Source: an uncultured Acidobacteriota bacterium
GTDB taxonomy: Bacteria; Acidobacteriota; Vicinamibacteria; Vicinamibacterales; SCN-69-37
Length of the DNA stretch: 64,000 bases
Assembly (NCBI GenBank): GCA_963751445.1
Contig: CAVVUL010000013.1
Span: 5,552 to 69,551 of the forward strand
Direction: 5' to 3'
Below, piece by piece: positions 45,934-57,830 of the stretch. The notes beneath the pieces were generated by a model. That model had not been told where the DNA came from. It did not search any database and worked only from the letters and a program-made list of their open reading frames with translations. Made by a program: the position numbers and the translations under genes. Numbering within the stretch: position 1 is the first letter of the stretch; the number at the start of each line of letters is the position of its first letter.

Positions 45934-48753
45934 ATGCAGAGAGCTCAGCACGCGGAGTCAGCGGCCGAAACGACGGGGCGGACGTTTGGTCCGTCGAGTG
46001 ACGTCACCGGTCTCGAATTCGAGCGGTATTTCACGAAGGACGGCGTGGATCCGTTCGATGAAATTGACTGGGAGCTCCGCTCCGCCGTGATCGCCAACGA
46101 GCGCGGCGAACTGGTGTTCGAGCAGCGCGATGTGGAATTTCCGCGCTTCTGGTCCCAGCAGGCCACCAATATCGTCGTCTCCAAGTATTTCCGCGGGCAG
46201 CTCGGGGCGCCGCGAGCGCGAGCGTTCGGTCAAGCAGTTGATCGGCCGCGTGGTGGACACGATCACGCAGTGGGCCCGCGAACAGGGCTATTTCGCGTCC
46301 GAGGACGACCTGCAGGCGTTCAGCGACGACCTCAAGCACCTGCTCGTGTACCAGAAGGGCTCGTTCAACAGCCCGGTCTGGTTCAACTGCGGGTTCGAGA
46401 AGGCGCCGCAGTGCTCGGCCTGCTTCATCAACTCCGTCCAGGACACGATGGACTCGATCCTGACGCTGGCCAAGACCGAGGGCATGCTGTTCAAGTTCGG
46501 ATCGGGCACCGGCTCGAACCTGTCGTCGATCCGCTCGTCGCGCGAAGTGCTCGCCGGCGGCGGCACGGCGTCGGGCCCGGTGTCGTTCATGAAGGGCTTC
46601 GACGCGTTCGCGGGCGTGATCAAGTCCGGCGGCAAGACGCGCCGCGCCGCGAAGATGGTCATCCTCAACGCGGAGCATCCCGACATCGTCGACTTCATCA
46701 ACTGCAAGGTCGAGGAAGAGAAGAAGGCGTGGGCGCTGATCGACGCCGGCTACGACGGCTCGTTCACCGGCCCGGCGTATGCGTCGGTGTTCTTCCAGAA
46801 CTCGAACAACTCCGTGCGCGTGACCGACGAATTCATGCGCGCGGTGCTCGACGACGGCGAGTGGCAGACGCGGTCGGTGACGCACGGCGAGGTGATGGAC
46901 ACCTACAAGGCGCGCGACCTGATGCGCATGATCGCCGAGGGCACGTGGGTGTGCGGCGATCCGGGCATGCAGTTCGACACGACGGTCAACGACTGGCACA
47001 CCTGCTCGGAGACCGCCCGCATCAACGCGCAGCAATCCGTGCTCCGAATACATGTTCCTGGATGACTCGGCGTGCAACCTGGCGTCGATCAACCTGATGA
47101 AGTTCGTGGGCGAGGACGGCGAATTCGACGCCGTGGCGTTCGAGCGCGCCGTGCTGGACGTTCATCACGGCGCAGGAGATCCTCGTCGACAATTCCAGCT
47201 ATCCGACCGCGGCGATCGAGCGCAACAGCCACGCCTACCGGCCGCTCGGCCTGGGCTACGCGAACCTGGGCGCGCTCCTGATGTCGCGCGGCCTGCCGTA
47301 CGACAGCGACGCCGGCCGCGACTACTCGGCGGCGATCACGGCGATCATGCACGGCGCGGCCTACGCGCAGTCGGCGCGCGTCGCGCGCGACCACGGCGGG
47401 CCGTTCCCCGGCTACGCGAAGAACCGCGAGCCGATGCTGCGCGTGATGCGCAAGCACCGCGCCGCGCTCAAGGACATCGACCGCACCCACGTCCCGGCCG
47501 CGCTGTTCGATCGCGCGAAGGCGATCTGGGACGAGTGCATCGAGCTCGGCGAGCAGCACGGCTACCGCAACGCGCAGGCCACGGTGCTCGCGCCGACCGG
47601 CACGATCGGCTTCATGATGGATTGCGACACCACCGGCGTCGAGCCGGACATCGCGCTCGTGAAATACAAGAAGCTCGTCGGCGGCGGGTTGATGAAGATC
47701 GTCAACAACACCGTGCCGATGGCGCTCGACAAACTCGGCTATACCCCCGCGCAGGTCAAGGACATCGTCGGCTACATCGACGAAAAAGAGACGATCGAGG
47801 GCGCGCCGCACCTCAAGGACACGGACCTGCCGGTGTTCGACTGCGCGTTCAAGGCGACGCAGGGCGTCCGCTCGATTCACTACATGGGCCACATCAAGAT
47901 GATGGGCGCCGTGCAGCCGTTCATCTCCGGCGCGATCAGCAAGACCGTCAACGTGCCGAAGGCCGCGACGGTCGAGGAGATCGAGCAGGCCTACATCGAC
48001 TCCTGGCGGATCGGCGCGAAGGCCGTGTCGATCTACCGCGACGGCAGCAAGCGCACCCAGCCGCTGAACACGGGCCGGGACAAGGTCGAACCGCGTCCGG
48101 GCGCGAGCCCCGCGGAAGCGGGCGTGGACGCCGGGCCGCGCCGCCACAAGCTGCCGGACGAACGGCAGTCGATCACCCACAAGTTCGACATCGGCGGCCA
48201 CGAAGGCTACATCACCGTCGGCCTCTACGAGGACGGCCAGCCGGGCGAGCTGTTCCTCACGATGGCGAAGGAAGGCTCGACGATCTCCGGCTTCGCCGAC
48301 GCGTTCGCGCAGGCCATCAGCTACGCGCTGCAGTACGGCGTGCCGCTGCAGGACCTGGTCGACAAATTCAGCCACGTCCGGTTCGAGCCGGCGGGGATGA
48401 CGCGCAATCCCGACATCCGCTTCGCCAAGTCCATCGTCGATTACATCTTCCGGTGGCTGGCCGCGAAGTTCCTGTCGCCGGAAGCGCAGTACCGCGCGGG
48501 CCTGAACGTGCCCGAGACGCCGACGACGCCGGAACAGCTGGTGCTGGATGTGAACGCGACCGCCTCCGCCGCACAGGGCGCGGCGACGGCGGACAAGTCC
48601 GCGGCCAAGACGGCCAAGCCGCAGGGGTCGAAGTTCGCCGCGATGCAGAACCAGGAAGACGCGCCGCCGTGCAGCACGTGCGGTTCGATCATGGTGCGCT
48701 CGGGCGCCTGCTACAAGTGCGCGAATTGCGGCACGACAAGCGGCTGCGCATAG
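45934..48753 (+). CDS. nrdJ: Class II (B12-dependent) ribonucleotide reductase with TSCPD domain and Zn ribbon (frameshifted)
   Basis: [31 protein letters not shown] at 47034-47048 (manual reading across an indel), [15 protein letters not shown]-terminal C..C..C..C. Confidence 0.94.
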
Positions 48754-48754
48754 T

Positions 48755-48849
48755 AACCAACAACTGACAACTAACAACTAACAACTGACGGCGGGCACGC
48801 AGCCCCTGTTAGTTGTTAGTTGTTAGTTGTTCGTTGTTAGTTGTTAGTT
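48755..48849. repeat. Family C element: inverted arms of AACAACT heptamers
   Basis: (AACAACT)n at 48755-48788, GC-rich core, (AGTTGTT)n at 48808-48849; starts right after the nrdJ stop. Confidence 0.9.
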
Positions 48850-48902
48850 TCTACCCATCCCCTCCCGTATAATGTCCCCGGGTTCAGCCCACAGGACACC
48901 TC

Positions 48903-51899
48903 ATGTCGCTAGAGACCGGTACACGTCTCGGTCCGTACGAGATTCTCAGCCCGATTGGGGCCGGAGGCATGGGCGAGGTCTACCGCGCCCAGGACACCCG
49001 GCTCAACCGCGTCGTCGCCATCAAGGTCATGCCGCCGCATTTCGCGGATGACCCGGAGATGAAGCAGCGCTTCGATCGCGAAGCGCAGACGATCGCCAGC
49101 CTCAATCACCCCAATATCTGCGTGCTGCACGATGTGGGCTCCGTGGAGTCGACGTCGGGCGTCGTGTCCGCCGCGTCCGGGCCCGAAGCGAATCCCGGTT
49201 TCGTGTCGGCCGGCCCGGTGTCGTACCTGGTGATGGAGTTCCTCGAGGGCGAAACGCTCGAGCAGCGACTGGAGCGCGGCCGCGACCCGTCAAGCTCCAG
49301 TGCGCGGCGTGGTTCTGGTGCGCCTCCCGCGGCCGCCGCGCCGGCGAGCGGGACGGGCAGTGGCGCCGGCAGCGCGGCCGGCAAGTCCTCCAGCAAGCTC
49401 CTGTCGCGCGGATTCACGATCGAGGAATCGCTCGGCATCGCGATCCAGATCGCCGACGCCCTCGACAAGGCGCACAGTCACGGCATCGTCCATCGCGATC
49501 TGAAGCCCGCGAACGTGATGCTCTCGAAGAACGCCTCGTCGCGGCCCGGCTCGCCGCAGGTCAAGCTCCTCGATTTCGGTCTGGCGAAATGGAAAGCGCC
49601 GCTCGATTCGCTCGCATCGGCGGTGACGATCCAGGCGGACATCACGGTCAAGGGCGCGGTCCTGGGGACGATGCGCTACATGGCGCCGGAGCAACTGGAA
49701 GGCGAGGAAGCCGACGCGCGCACCGATATTTTCGCGTTCGGGACGATCCTGTACGAAGTCATCACGGGCAAGAAGGCGTTCGACGGCAAGAATCAGCCGA
49801 GCCTGGCCGGCGCGATCATGACGGCGGAGCCCTTGCCGATCTCGAGGCTTCAGCCGCTCACGCCACCGCCACTCGAGCGCGTGATCAAGCGGTGTCTGGC
49901 CAAGGACCCCGACGATCGCTGGCAGACCGCGCACGACCTGCTCATCCAATTGCGCTGGATCGCCGAGCAGGGCGTCAACGCCGCCGAACCCGCCGCGGAC
50001 ACGGCAACGGGCAGGAAGAAGGACTGGCTCGCGCTTGCCGGCATCGGCCTCGGCGTGCTGCTCACCGCGGCCGCGGCGTGGCCCGCGTATCAGTATCTTC
50101 GCGGCCCGGCCCCGCAGGATGAGCTCCAGTTCCGCGTCCCGGTGTACGGCCTGAGTTCTGCGGGCATCTCCATCTCACCGGATGGCAAGACGATGGCGCT
50201 GGTCGCGCGTCCCAACACGCAGGAAGCGCCCGCCCTGTTCATGCGTCCAGTGGGTGCCGTGAAGTTCACGCGCGTGGCCGGCGCCGAAGAAGCTGCGCTG
50301 CCGTTCTGGTCGCCCGACAGCAAATCGGTCGGGTTTGCCGCCGGCGGCAGGCTGAAGAGAGTCGAGGCGGCGGGCGGGCCGGTCAAGGACCTCGGCGAAG
50401 CGGCGGGATTCACCGGCGGTACGTGGAGCAAGGACAACGTGATCCTGTTCGGCTCCGCCGCGGGGCTGCGCCGCGTGTCCGCCGAGGGCGGCCAGTCGGA
50501 CGCGATCACGACCGTCGCGAAGCCGGAGACCGGACACTTCTGGCCCTGTTTCCTGCCGGACGGCAAGCACTATCTGTTCTTGTCCTGGTCCGATGATGCG
50601 AAGAAGCGCGCCATCATGATCGGGGCGATCGATTCCCCTGACAAAGCAACGCTGATGGCCGGCGAGTCGAATGTGGCGTATGCCTTGCCGGGTTACCTGC
50701 TGTTTCATCGTGACGCGACGGTCTTTGCGCAGCGATTCGATCCCGGCCGCCGCACGCTCGGCGGCGATCCCGTTCGGGTGGCCGGCGACGTGGCGTTCAA
50801 TCCGGCGAACGGCCGGGGCAGCTTCGACGTGTCGCAGACCGGCGCGTTCGTCTACTTCCAGGGCACCGGCGGCCCCACGGGCCGGGGCAACGTCAACAAC
50901 AACTCCGTGTTCGGCTGGCGTGACCGGACCGGCAATATCCTGGCGCAGGCCGGCGACCAGGGCCCGTACGGGGACATCGACTTGTCTCCGGACGGCACCC
51001 GCATCGCGGTCACGCGGCAGGACGTCGGCGCGGCATCCGCCGACGTCTGGGTAACCGACTGGGAGCGCAACGTCACCCAAAAACTGACCCTCGATCAGGC
51101 CGACGACATCAATCCGGTCTGGTCGCCGGACAACAGGTGGATTGCCTTCACGTCGTATCGGAACGGAAACGCCGACGTGTTCGTGCGGCGCTCCAACGGC
51201 GACGGTCAGGACGTTCCGATTCTCAATTCTCCGCGCGATGAGTCCGTCGAGGACTGGTCGAAGGATGGCCGCTCCATCGTCTACAAACTCGGGCAGGACG
51301 GCTACGACGATCTGTATGTGCTGCCGATCGACGCCGATCTGAAGCCCGGGAAGCCGTTTCCGGCCGTCCAGGGCAAGTTCCAGAAGGACGAAGCCCAGTT
51401 CTCGCACGACGGGAAATGGCTGGCGTACATCTCGGATGAATCAGGCACCTTCCAGGTCTACGTGATGACGTTTCCCGGATTGTCGGAGAAGCACCAGGTG
51501 ACGCCGCCCGAAGGCGGAGGCCAGCCGCGCTGGCGGAAGGATGGGAAGGAACTCTACTATCGCGCGTTCGACGGCCGGGCCATGGCGGTGGACATGACCC
51601 TGGGCGCGACGGCCGTCTCCGGCGTCCCGCGCGAACTATTCGTCACCGCCGCGAGCATTACCTCTCGCGATCCCACCCGCCACATGTGGTCCGTGTCGCC
51701 TGACGGGAAGCGGTTCCTGGTTCGCCTGGCGAACGGCAGCGGCGTGACGGGCGGCAACAGGGGCGGCGCACCCACGGCGCCGACCAACTTCAACGCGTCG
51801 ACGCAGGTAGGGGGGGCTGCGGCATCGACAGGCCCGCTGACGAACGGCCTCACCGTCATCCTCGGCTGGCCGGCCGCGTTCACGAAGGCGGCGAAATGA
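48903..51899 (+). CDS. Ser/Thr protein kinase with TM helix and TolB/PD40 beta-propellers
   Basis: [29 protein letters not shown]; repeated FWSPD/SPDG/WSKDG motifs. Confidence 0.94.
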   Translation: MSLETGTRLGPYEILSPIGAGGMGEVYRAQDTRLNRVVAIKVMPPHFADDPEMKQRFDREAQTIASLNHPNICVLHDVGSVESTSGVVSAASGPEANPGFVSAGPVSYLVMEFLEGETLEQRLERGRDPSSSSARRGSGAPPAAAAPASGTGSGAGSAAGKSSSKLLSRGFTIEESLGIAIQIADALDKAHSHGIVHRDLKPANVMLSKNASSRPGSPQVKLLDFGLAKWKAPLDSLASAVTIQADITVKGAVLGTMRYMAPEQLEGEEADARTDIFAFGTILYEVITGKKAFDGKNQPSLAGAIMTAEPLPISRLQPLTPPPLERVIKRCLAKDPDDRWQTAHDLLIQLRWIAEQGVNAAEPAADTATGRKKDWLALAGIGLGVLLTAAAAWPAYQYLRGPAPQDELQFRVPVYGLSSAGISISPDGKTMALVARPNTQEAPALFMRPVGAVKFTRVAGAEEAALPFWSPDSKSVGFAAGGRLKRVEAAGGPVKDLGEAAGFTGGTWSKDNVILFGSAAGLRRVSAEGGQSDAITTVAKPETGHFWPCFLPDGKHYLFLSWSDDAKKRAIMIGAIDSPDKATLMAGESNVAYALPGYLLFHRDATVFAQRFDPGRRTLGGDPVRVAGDVAFNPANGRGSFDVSQTGAFVYFQGTGGPTGRGNVNNNSVFGWRDRTGNILAQAGDQGPYGDIDLSPDGTRIAVTRQDVGAASADVWVTDWERNVTQKLTLDQADDINPVWSPDNRWIAFTSYRNGNADVFVRRSNGDGQDVPILNSPRDESVEDWSKDGRSIVYKLGQDGYDDLYVLPIDADLKPGKPFPAVQGKFQKDEAQFSHDGKWLAYISDESGTFQVYVMTFPGLSEKHQVTPPEGGGQPRWRKDGKELYYRAFDGRAMAVDMTLGATAVSGVPRELFVTAASITSRDPTRHMWSVSPDGKRFLVRLANGSGVTGGNRGGAPTAPTNFNASTQVGGAAASTGPLTNGLTVILGWPAAFTKAAK

Positions 51900-51906
51900 A
51901 GAACAA

Positions 51907-51937
51907 ACTTCAAAGTCCGAAGTTCGAAGTTCGAACT
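51907..51937. repeat. Family E heptamer tandem (ASTTCGA)
   Basis: ACTTCAA AGTCCGA AGTTCGA AGTTCGA ACT between the two kinase genes; same unit as 9073-9102. Confidence 0.7.
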
Positions 51938-51948
51938 GGGGCGAAGAC

Positions 51949-54754
51949 ATGGCTCTAAATCCCGGAACTCGCCTCGGTCCCTATGAAATCGTCAGCGCCA
52001 TCGGCGCCGGCGGAATGGGCGAGGTCTACAAGGCGACGGACACGCGCCTCTCGCGCACCGTGGCGATCAAGGTCCTGCCGCCGCACTGGGTGGCCGATGC
52101 GGAGATGAAGCAGCGCTTCGAGCGCGAGGCGCAGACGGTCGCGTCGCTGAAGCATCCGAACATCTGCGTCCTGCATGACATCGGTGCCGACAACGGTGTC
52201 GATTTCCTGGTCATGGAGTTCCTCGACGGCGAGACACTGGCCGAGCGGATCAAGCGCGGCCCCGTCCCGCTCGATGAGGCGCTTGAGGTCGCGATTGCCG
52301 TGACTGACGCGCTCGACAAGGCCCATCGGCAGAACGTGATCCATCGCGATCTCAAGCCGTCGAACGTGATGCTGACGACGTCCGGACCCAAGCTGCTCGA
52401 TTTTGGATTGGCAAAAACGGCCGCCGTGCCGGACGCCCAGGCGCTCAAGTCCGGTTTGACGACGCCCGGCATGCTGATCGGCACGCTGCAGTACATGGCG
52501 CCGGAACAACTGGAAGGCGGCGACGCGGACGCCCGCACGGACATCTTCGCGTTGGGCGTCCTGCTGCACGAAATGGTCACCGGCAAGAAAGTGTTCGAGG
52601 GCAAGAGCCGGGTGCTGCTGATGTCGGCGATCGCCACGTCCGAGCCGCCGCCGCTCTCGGCGGCCGAACCGTCAACGCCGCCCGCGCTCGAGCACGTCGT
52701 GCGCACGTGCATGGCGAAGGAACCGGCGGACCGCTGGCAGACGGCGCGCGATTTGCTCGCCGAACTTCAGGCGATTGCCGCGGGCGCGGACGACGGTTTC
52801 GTGGCGGCGTCGGCGTCGGCCAAGCGGCGGAAGTCGCGCCTCCTCCCGCGCGTGGTGGCGGCGACGGTCCTCGTCGCCGGCATCATGATGTCCGTGCCGG
52901 CGTATCGCCATGTTCGCGGGGAGGCGGCGCCTGATGAGCTTCGCTTCCGCATTCCGATTCAACTGTCCGCCGATCCGGCGACCATCAATCTTGGGGGCAC
53001 GGCGGCCGGGAACGGCGGCTTGTTTCGTCCGGAGGCGTTCGCCGTGTCGCCGGACGGCCGATGGGTGGCGATGTCGGCGCGCAGCGGCGGGGCCGATCCC
53101 TGGTTGCTCTATGTGCGGCCGCTTGGCGCCGTCGCTCCGCAGCGCTTCCCGGGCACCGAGGATGCCGCGCAGACATTCTGGTCCGCGGACAGTCGTTCCA
53201 TGGCCTTTGTGGCGAGCGGCAAGCTCAAGAGGGTCGAGGCGACCGGCGGACCGCCCGAGGACGTATGCCCCGTGACGGATTTCTTCGGCGGCTCGTGGAA
53301 CCGCGACGGCACGATCATCTTCGGTTCCTCAAAGGGCCTGTTCAAAGTGGCGGCGGAAGGCGGAACGCCCGAGTTGATCACGACGCTCGACGCCTCGGAA
53401 AGCGGCCACTACTGGCCGCATTTCCTGCCCGATGGTCAGCACTATCTGTATACCGGATGGGGCCAGCCTCGCGCGCGCGCGGTCTACGTCGGGACGCTCG
53501 GATCGAAGGACAAGACCAAAGTCCTGGCGGCCGAATCGAACGGGGCGTACGTGCAAACAGGATCCGCCGGCTACCTCGTGTTCTACCGCGACCGGGCGGT
53601 CTTCGCGCAGCCGTTCGACCTGAAGACGATGACACTGTCCGGCGAGCCGCAGCGCATCGCGGACGACGTCACGGCAGAGGCCAGCAGCGGCCGCGGTCAC
53701 TTCTCGGCGTCCCTCGGCGGCGCGGTGGTCTACTTCCAGAACGCGGGCGCCACGGTCATCGGCGGCCGGCAGTCCGAGCTCGCGGAATGGCACCTGGCCT
53801 GGGCCACCCGGAGCGGCCAGCAAATCGACACGCCCGGCCCTCCCGGGGTCTATCGCGGCGTGGAGGTGAGCCCGGACACCAGGCGCATTGCGGTGCACCG
53901 CCATGAAAAGGACGGCGGCGACATCTGGATCGTCGAGCCGACGGGCGCCGAGCTGCGCCTGACGTGGGACGCGTCGCAGCACAATGCCAGTCCGATCTGG
54001 TCACCTGGCGGAGAGTCGATCGTCTTCAGTTCCACCCGGAACGGGAAAGCCGGTCTGTATCGGAAGCCGTCGGATGGATCGGGCGTCGAGGAACTGCTCG
54101 TCGAGTCGGAATTGCCGAAGGCGCCGATGTCGTGGTCTTCGGATGGCAAGTACATCGTGTTCGGTGTGCAGGATCCCAAGACCGGAGCAGACATCTGGCT
54201 GTTGTCCGTGGCCGACAAGAAGGCCACGCCGTTCATCGCGACGCCGTACACCGAAACCCACGCGCAGATTTCCGCGGACGGCAAGTGGATCGCCTACGCC
54301 TCCAACTCGGTCGGCGGCCGACGTGAGATCCACGTGCAGGCATTTCCGTCCGGCGCGGGCCATTGGCAGGTGTCCGACGCCGGCGGCGACTGGCCTCGCT
54401 GGCGGAAGGACGTCAAGGAACTGCTGTATCACTCGCTCGGCCCAAGTCAGGCTCCGACCCAGACGTCGCTGCCTGTGCCGATCGGTCCGGTGTACTCCGT
54501 GGCCGTCACCGTCAACGGCCAGGCGTTCGTCCACGGCGCGCCCGCCGAGGTCCTCACGTTGCAGGTACTCGGCTTTCCGCATCCGGGTGGCGACTATCAC
54601 ACGTATGCCATTTCCCCTGATGCCGAACGATTCCTGTACTTCCAACTCGTGCCGGCGACGGCGGTCACGACGGGATCGGTCGGGCCGGAATCCGACGACC
54701 GGACTGATGGCGGTCATGAATTGGGCGAAACCGGTGAAGGCCGTGAAGAAGTAG
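51949..54754 (+). CDS. Ser/Thr protein kinase with TolB/PD40 beta-propellers, paralogue 2 (frameshift near 54690)
   Basis: Same architecture; the C-terminus TTGLMAVMNWAKPVKAVKK in ORF 53984..54754 parallels [16 protein letters not shown] of paralogue 1. Confidence 0.92.
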
Positions 54755-54801
54755 GGTCGCGCGGCGCCTGGTGGCGGCCCCATGAGACGATGGGGCCTTA
54801 T

Positions 54802-57800
54802 ATGCGTCGCCTCATGGTCCTGCCGCTGCTGGCGCTTGCCGGAAGCGTCCTCATCGCCTCACCGCGGCAACCGGAGCGCCTGACCGCGCTCGTCGATCCG
54901 TTCATCGGCACCGGCGGTCACGGCCACACGTTTCCCGGACCCAGTCTTCCGTTCGGCATGATTCAGCCCGGGCCTGACACGCAGGCTGACCGGATGGGAT
55001 TCATCGTCCGGCTACCACTACAGCGACACGCGCATCGTCGGCTTCTCGCACACGCACCTGAGCGGCACCGGGATTCCCGACTACAACGACGTGCTCCTGA
55101 TGCCGGTGACGGGCGAGATGGGCCCTGCGCTATTTGCGACGGGACCAGCGGAGGTGCCTGGCTACGCGTCGTCGTTCTCGCATGCCGAGGAGCAGGCGAG
55201 TCCTGGCTACTACGCGGTGACGCTGCGTGATTCCGGCGTTCGCGCGGAGCTGACCACGACGCTGCGCGCGGGCCTGCATCGCTACGCGTTTCCGGCCGGC
55301 CGTCCGGCGCGCGTCGTCCTCGACTTGACGCACCGGGATCAGGTGCTGGATTCGTCGCTGACGACGGTGAGCGACCAGGAGCTGACGGGCCATCGCCGAT
55401 CGCGCAGCTGGGCGCAGGACCAGCGGCTGTTCTTCGTGATCCGATTCTCGCAGCCGTTCGCGGAGTCGCTGATCTCCAAGGGCGACCAGCCGAACGACAG
55501 CCTCGACGAAACCACCGGCACCGCCATCAAGGCCGTCTTTGACTTTGGCGCACTCAGCGAGCCGCTCCAGGTGAAGGTCGGGATCTCGGCGGTCAGTGTG
55601 GAGGGCGCCCGGCGCAACCTTGACGCGGAATTGCCGGGCTGGGATTTCGACGCGGTCCGCCGGGCGGCTGATGTGGCTTGGGAACGCGAACTCGGGCGCA
55701 TCCGCGTCGAGGGCGGCGCGCGCGACCAGCGCGTCGTGTTCTACACCGCGCTGTACCACTCGATGCTGACGCCCAATGTCTACATGGATGTGGACGGTCA
55801 GTACCGAGGCCGCGATCTTCAGGTGCACACAGCCGACGGGTTCACGTACTACTCGGTGTTCTCTCTGTGGGACACGTTCCGCGCGCTGCATCCGTTGCTC
55901 ACGCTGATCGACCGCGCGCGTACGGGGGATTTCGTCCAGACGATGCTGCGGCAGTATCAGGAGGGGGGACGGCTGCCGGTCTGGGAGCTGTCGGGGAACG
56001 AGACGGACACGATGATCGGCTATCACGCGGTGCCGGTGATCGCGGATGCGATCCTCAAAGGCATCGGCGGCTTCGACACGGCGCTCGCGTTCGAGGCGAT
56101 GGTGAAGAGCGCCGAAGGCGACCGCGCCGGCCTCGACGCCTACAAGCGACGCGGCTACATCGACGGCGAGGACGCCAGCGAGAGCGTGTCGCGCACGCTC
56201 GAATACGCCTATGACGACTGGTGCATCGCGATGGTCGCGGCCAGGCTGGGGCGCACCGAGGACGCCGCGCGTTTCTTCCGCCGGGCGCAAGGCTGGAAGA
56301 ATGTGTTCGATCCGTCCACCGGGCTTCATGCGCGCGCGCGTGGGAGGGCAGTGGTTCGGTCCGTTCGTCCGCGTCCGAGGTCAACGTCCACTACACCGAG
56401 GCCAACGCCTGGCAGTACAGCTTCTTCGTGCCGCAGGACATCGACGGCTTGATGCGCGCGCACGGCGGCGATGCCGCATTCGCGCGCAAGCTGGACGCGC
56501 TGTTTTCGGCGGACAGCCAGACCACCGGCCGCGACCAGGCGGACATCACCGGGCTCATCGGCCAGTACGCGCACGGCAACGAACCGAGCCATCACATCGC
56601 GTACCTCTACGCGTTCGCCGGCCAGCCGTGGAAGACGCAGGCGCTGGTCCGCCGCATCGTGGACACCATGTATGCGCCGAAGCCGGATGGCGAGATCGGC
56701 AACGACGACTGCGGCCAGATGAGCGCCTGGCTGGTGCTGAGCGCGCTCGGCTTCTACTCCGTGACGCCGGGATCGGATCAATACGTCATTGGAAGCCCGC
56801 TCTTTCCGGCGACGAAGATCGCCCTGGAGAACGGGCGGGTGTTTCGGGTCGGTACGACGGATCACGACAGGTACACGGGTACGACGGGTGCGGGGCACGG
56901 TGCATACATTCAGAGCGCACGGCTGAACGGTGCCGCCTACACGAAGTCCTATCTGAACTATCGCGATGTCGCCGCGGGAGGGGAACTGAGCTTCGTGATG
57001 GGGGATGCGCCGAACGTGTCGTGGGGCGCGGGAGTGGCCGACCGGCCGAGCACATCCATTCCCGGGCCGCAGATCGTGCCGGCGCCGTTCGTCACGACGG
57101 GGTCGAGCGTGTTCCGCGACCGCACGACCGTGGGATTTGGCCATGTCGAATCGGGCGTGGAGCTGCGGTACACGCGTCGACAGGATCCGCCGTCGGGGCC
57201 GGCCTCGCCGCGATTACGACCGCCCGTTGACGATGACGGAGACGACGACCGTCAACGTCCTCGCCCGCCGGCCGAACGGCGAGACCAGCCTGCCGTTCAG
57301 CGCGACATTCCACAAGATTCCCGACGGCCGGCGCGATCACCCTGAGCGCGCGCTACGCGAACCAGTACAACGCCGGTGGCGACGACGCGCTGATCGACAC
57401 CCTGCGCGGCGGGCCGGAGTTCCGCAGCGGTCGCTGGCAGGGCTACCTCGGCACGGACCTGACCGCGGTCGTCGATCTCGGTTCGCCGCGCGAAATCACG
57501 CGCGTCGCGATGGGGTTCCTGCAGGACGTCGGGTCCTGGATTGTTCTGCCGCGACGCGTGCGCGTCGAGGCGTCGGAAGACGGCGTCGCGTATCGAGCGC
57601 TCGGCGAGGCGACGCACGACGTGTCGGATCGCGACAACACGCCGGTGACGCGCGATCTGTCCATCACCACGGCGCCCCTGCGCGCGCGCTACGTCCGCGT
57701 CACCGTCGAGCGCTACGGCCGCCTGCCCGCGTGGCATCCGGGCAAGGGCGAGGAGGCCTGGTTCTTCGCTGACGAAATCATCATCGACGGCCGCACCGCC

Positions 57801-57830
57801 GGCGCGGCCACGCGCCCGGCGGGGAAGTGA
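54802..57830 (+). CDS. GH92 alpha-1,2-mannosidase with C-terminal Fn3/F5-8-type modules (frameshifted)
   Basis: VDPFIGTGGHGHTFPG, FSLWDTFRALHP, SRTLEYAYDD, YTEANAWQY, HGNEPSHH, GNDDCGQMSAW. Confidence 0.93.

Noticed and set aside
51949-55230. 1093-aa kinase-GH92 fusion in the ORF track
   Set aside because: It results from an indel near 54690. The kinase C-terminus ends at 54754 in another frame, and GH92 has its own ATG and signal peptide at 54802.
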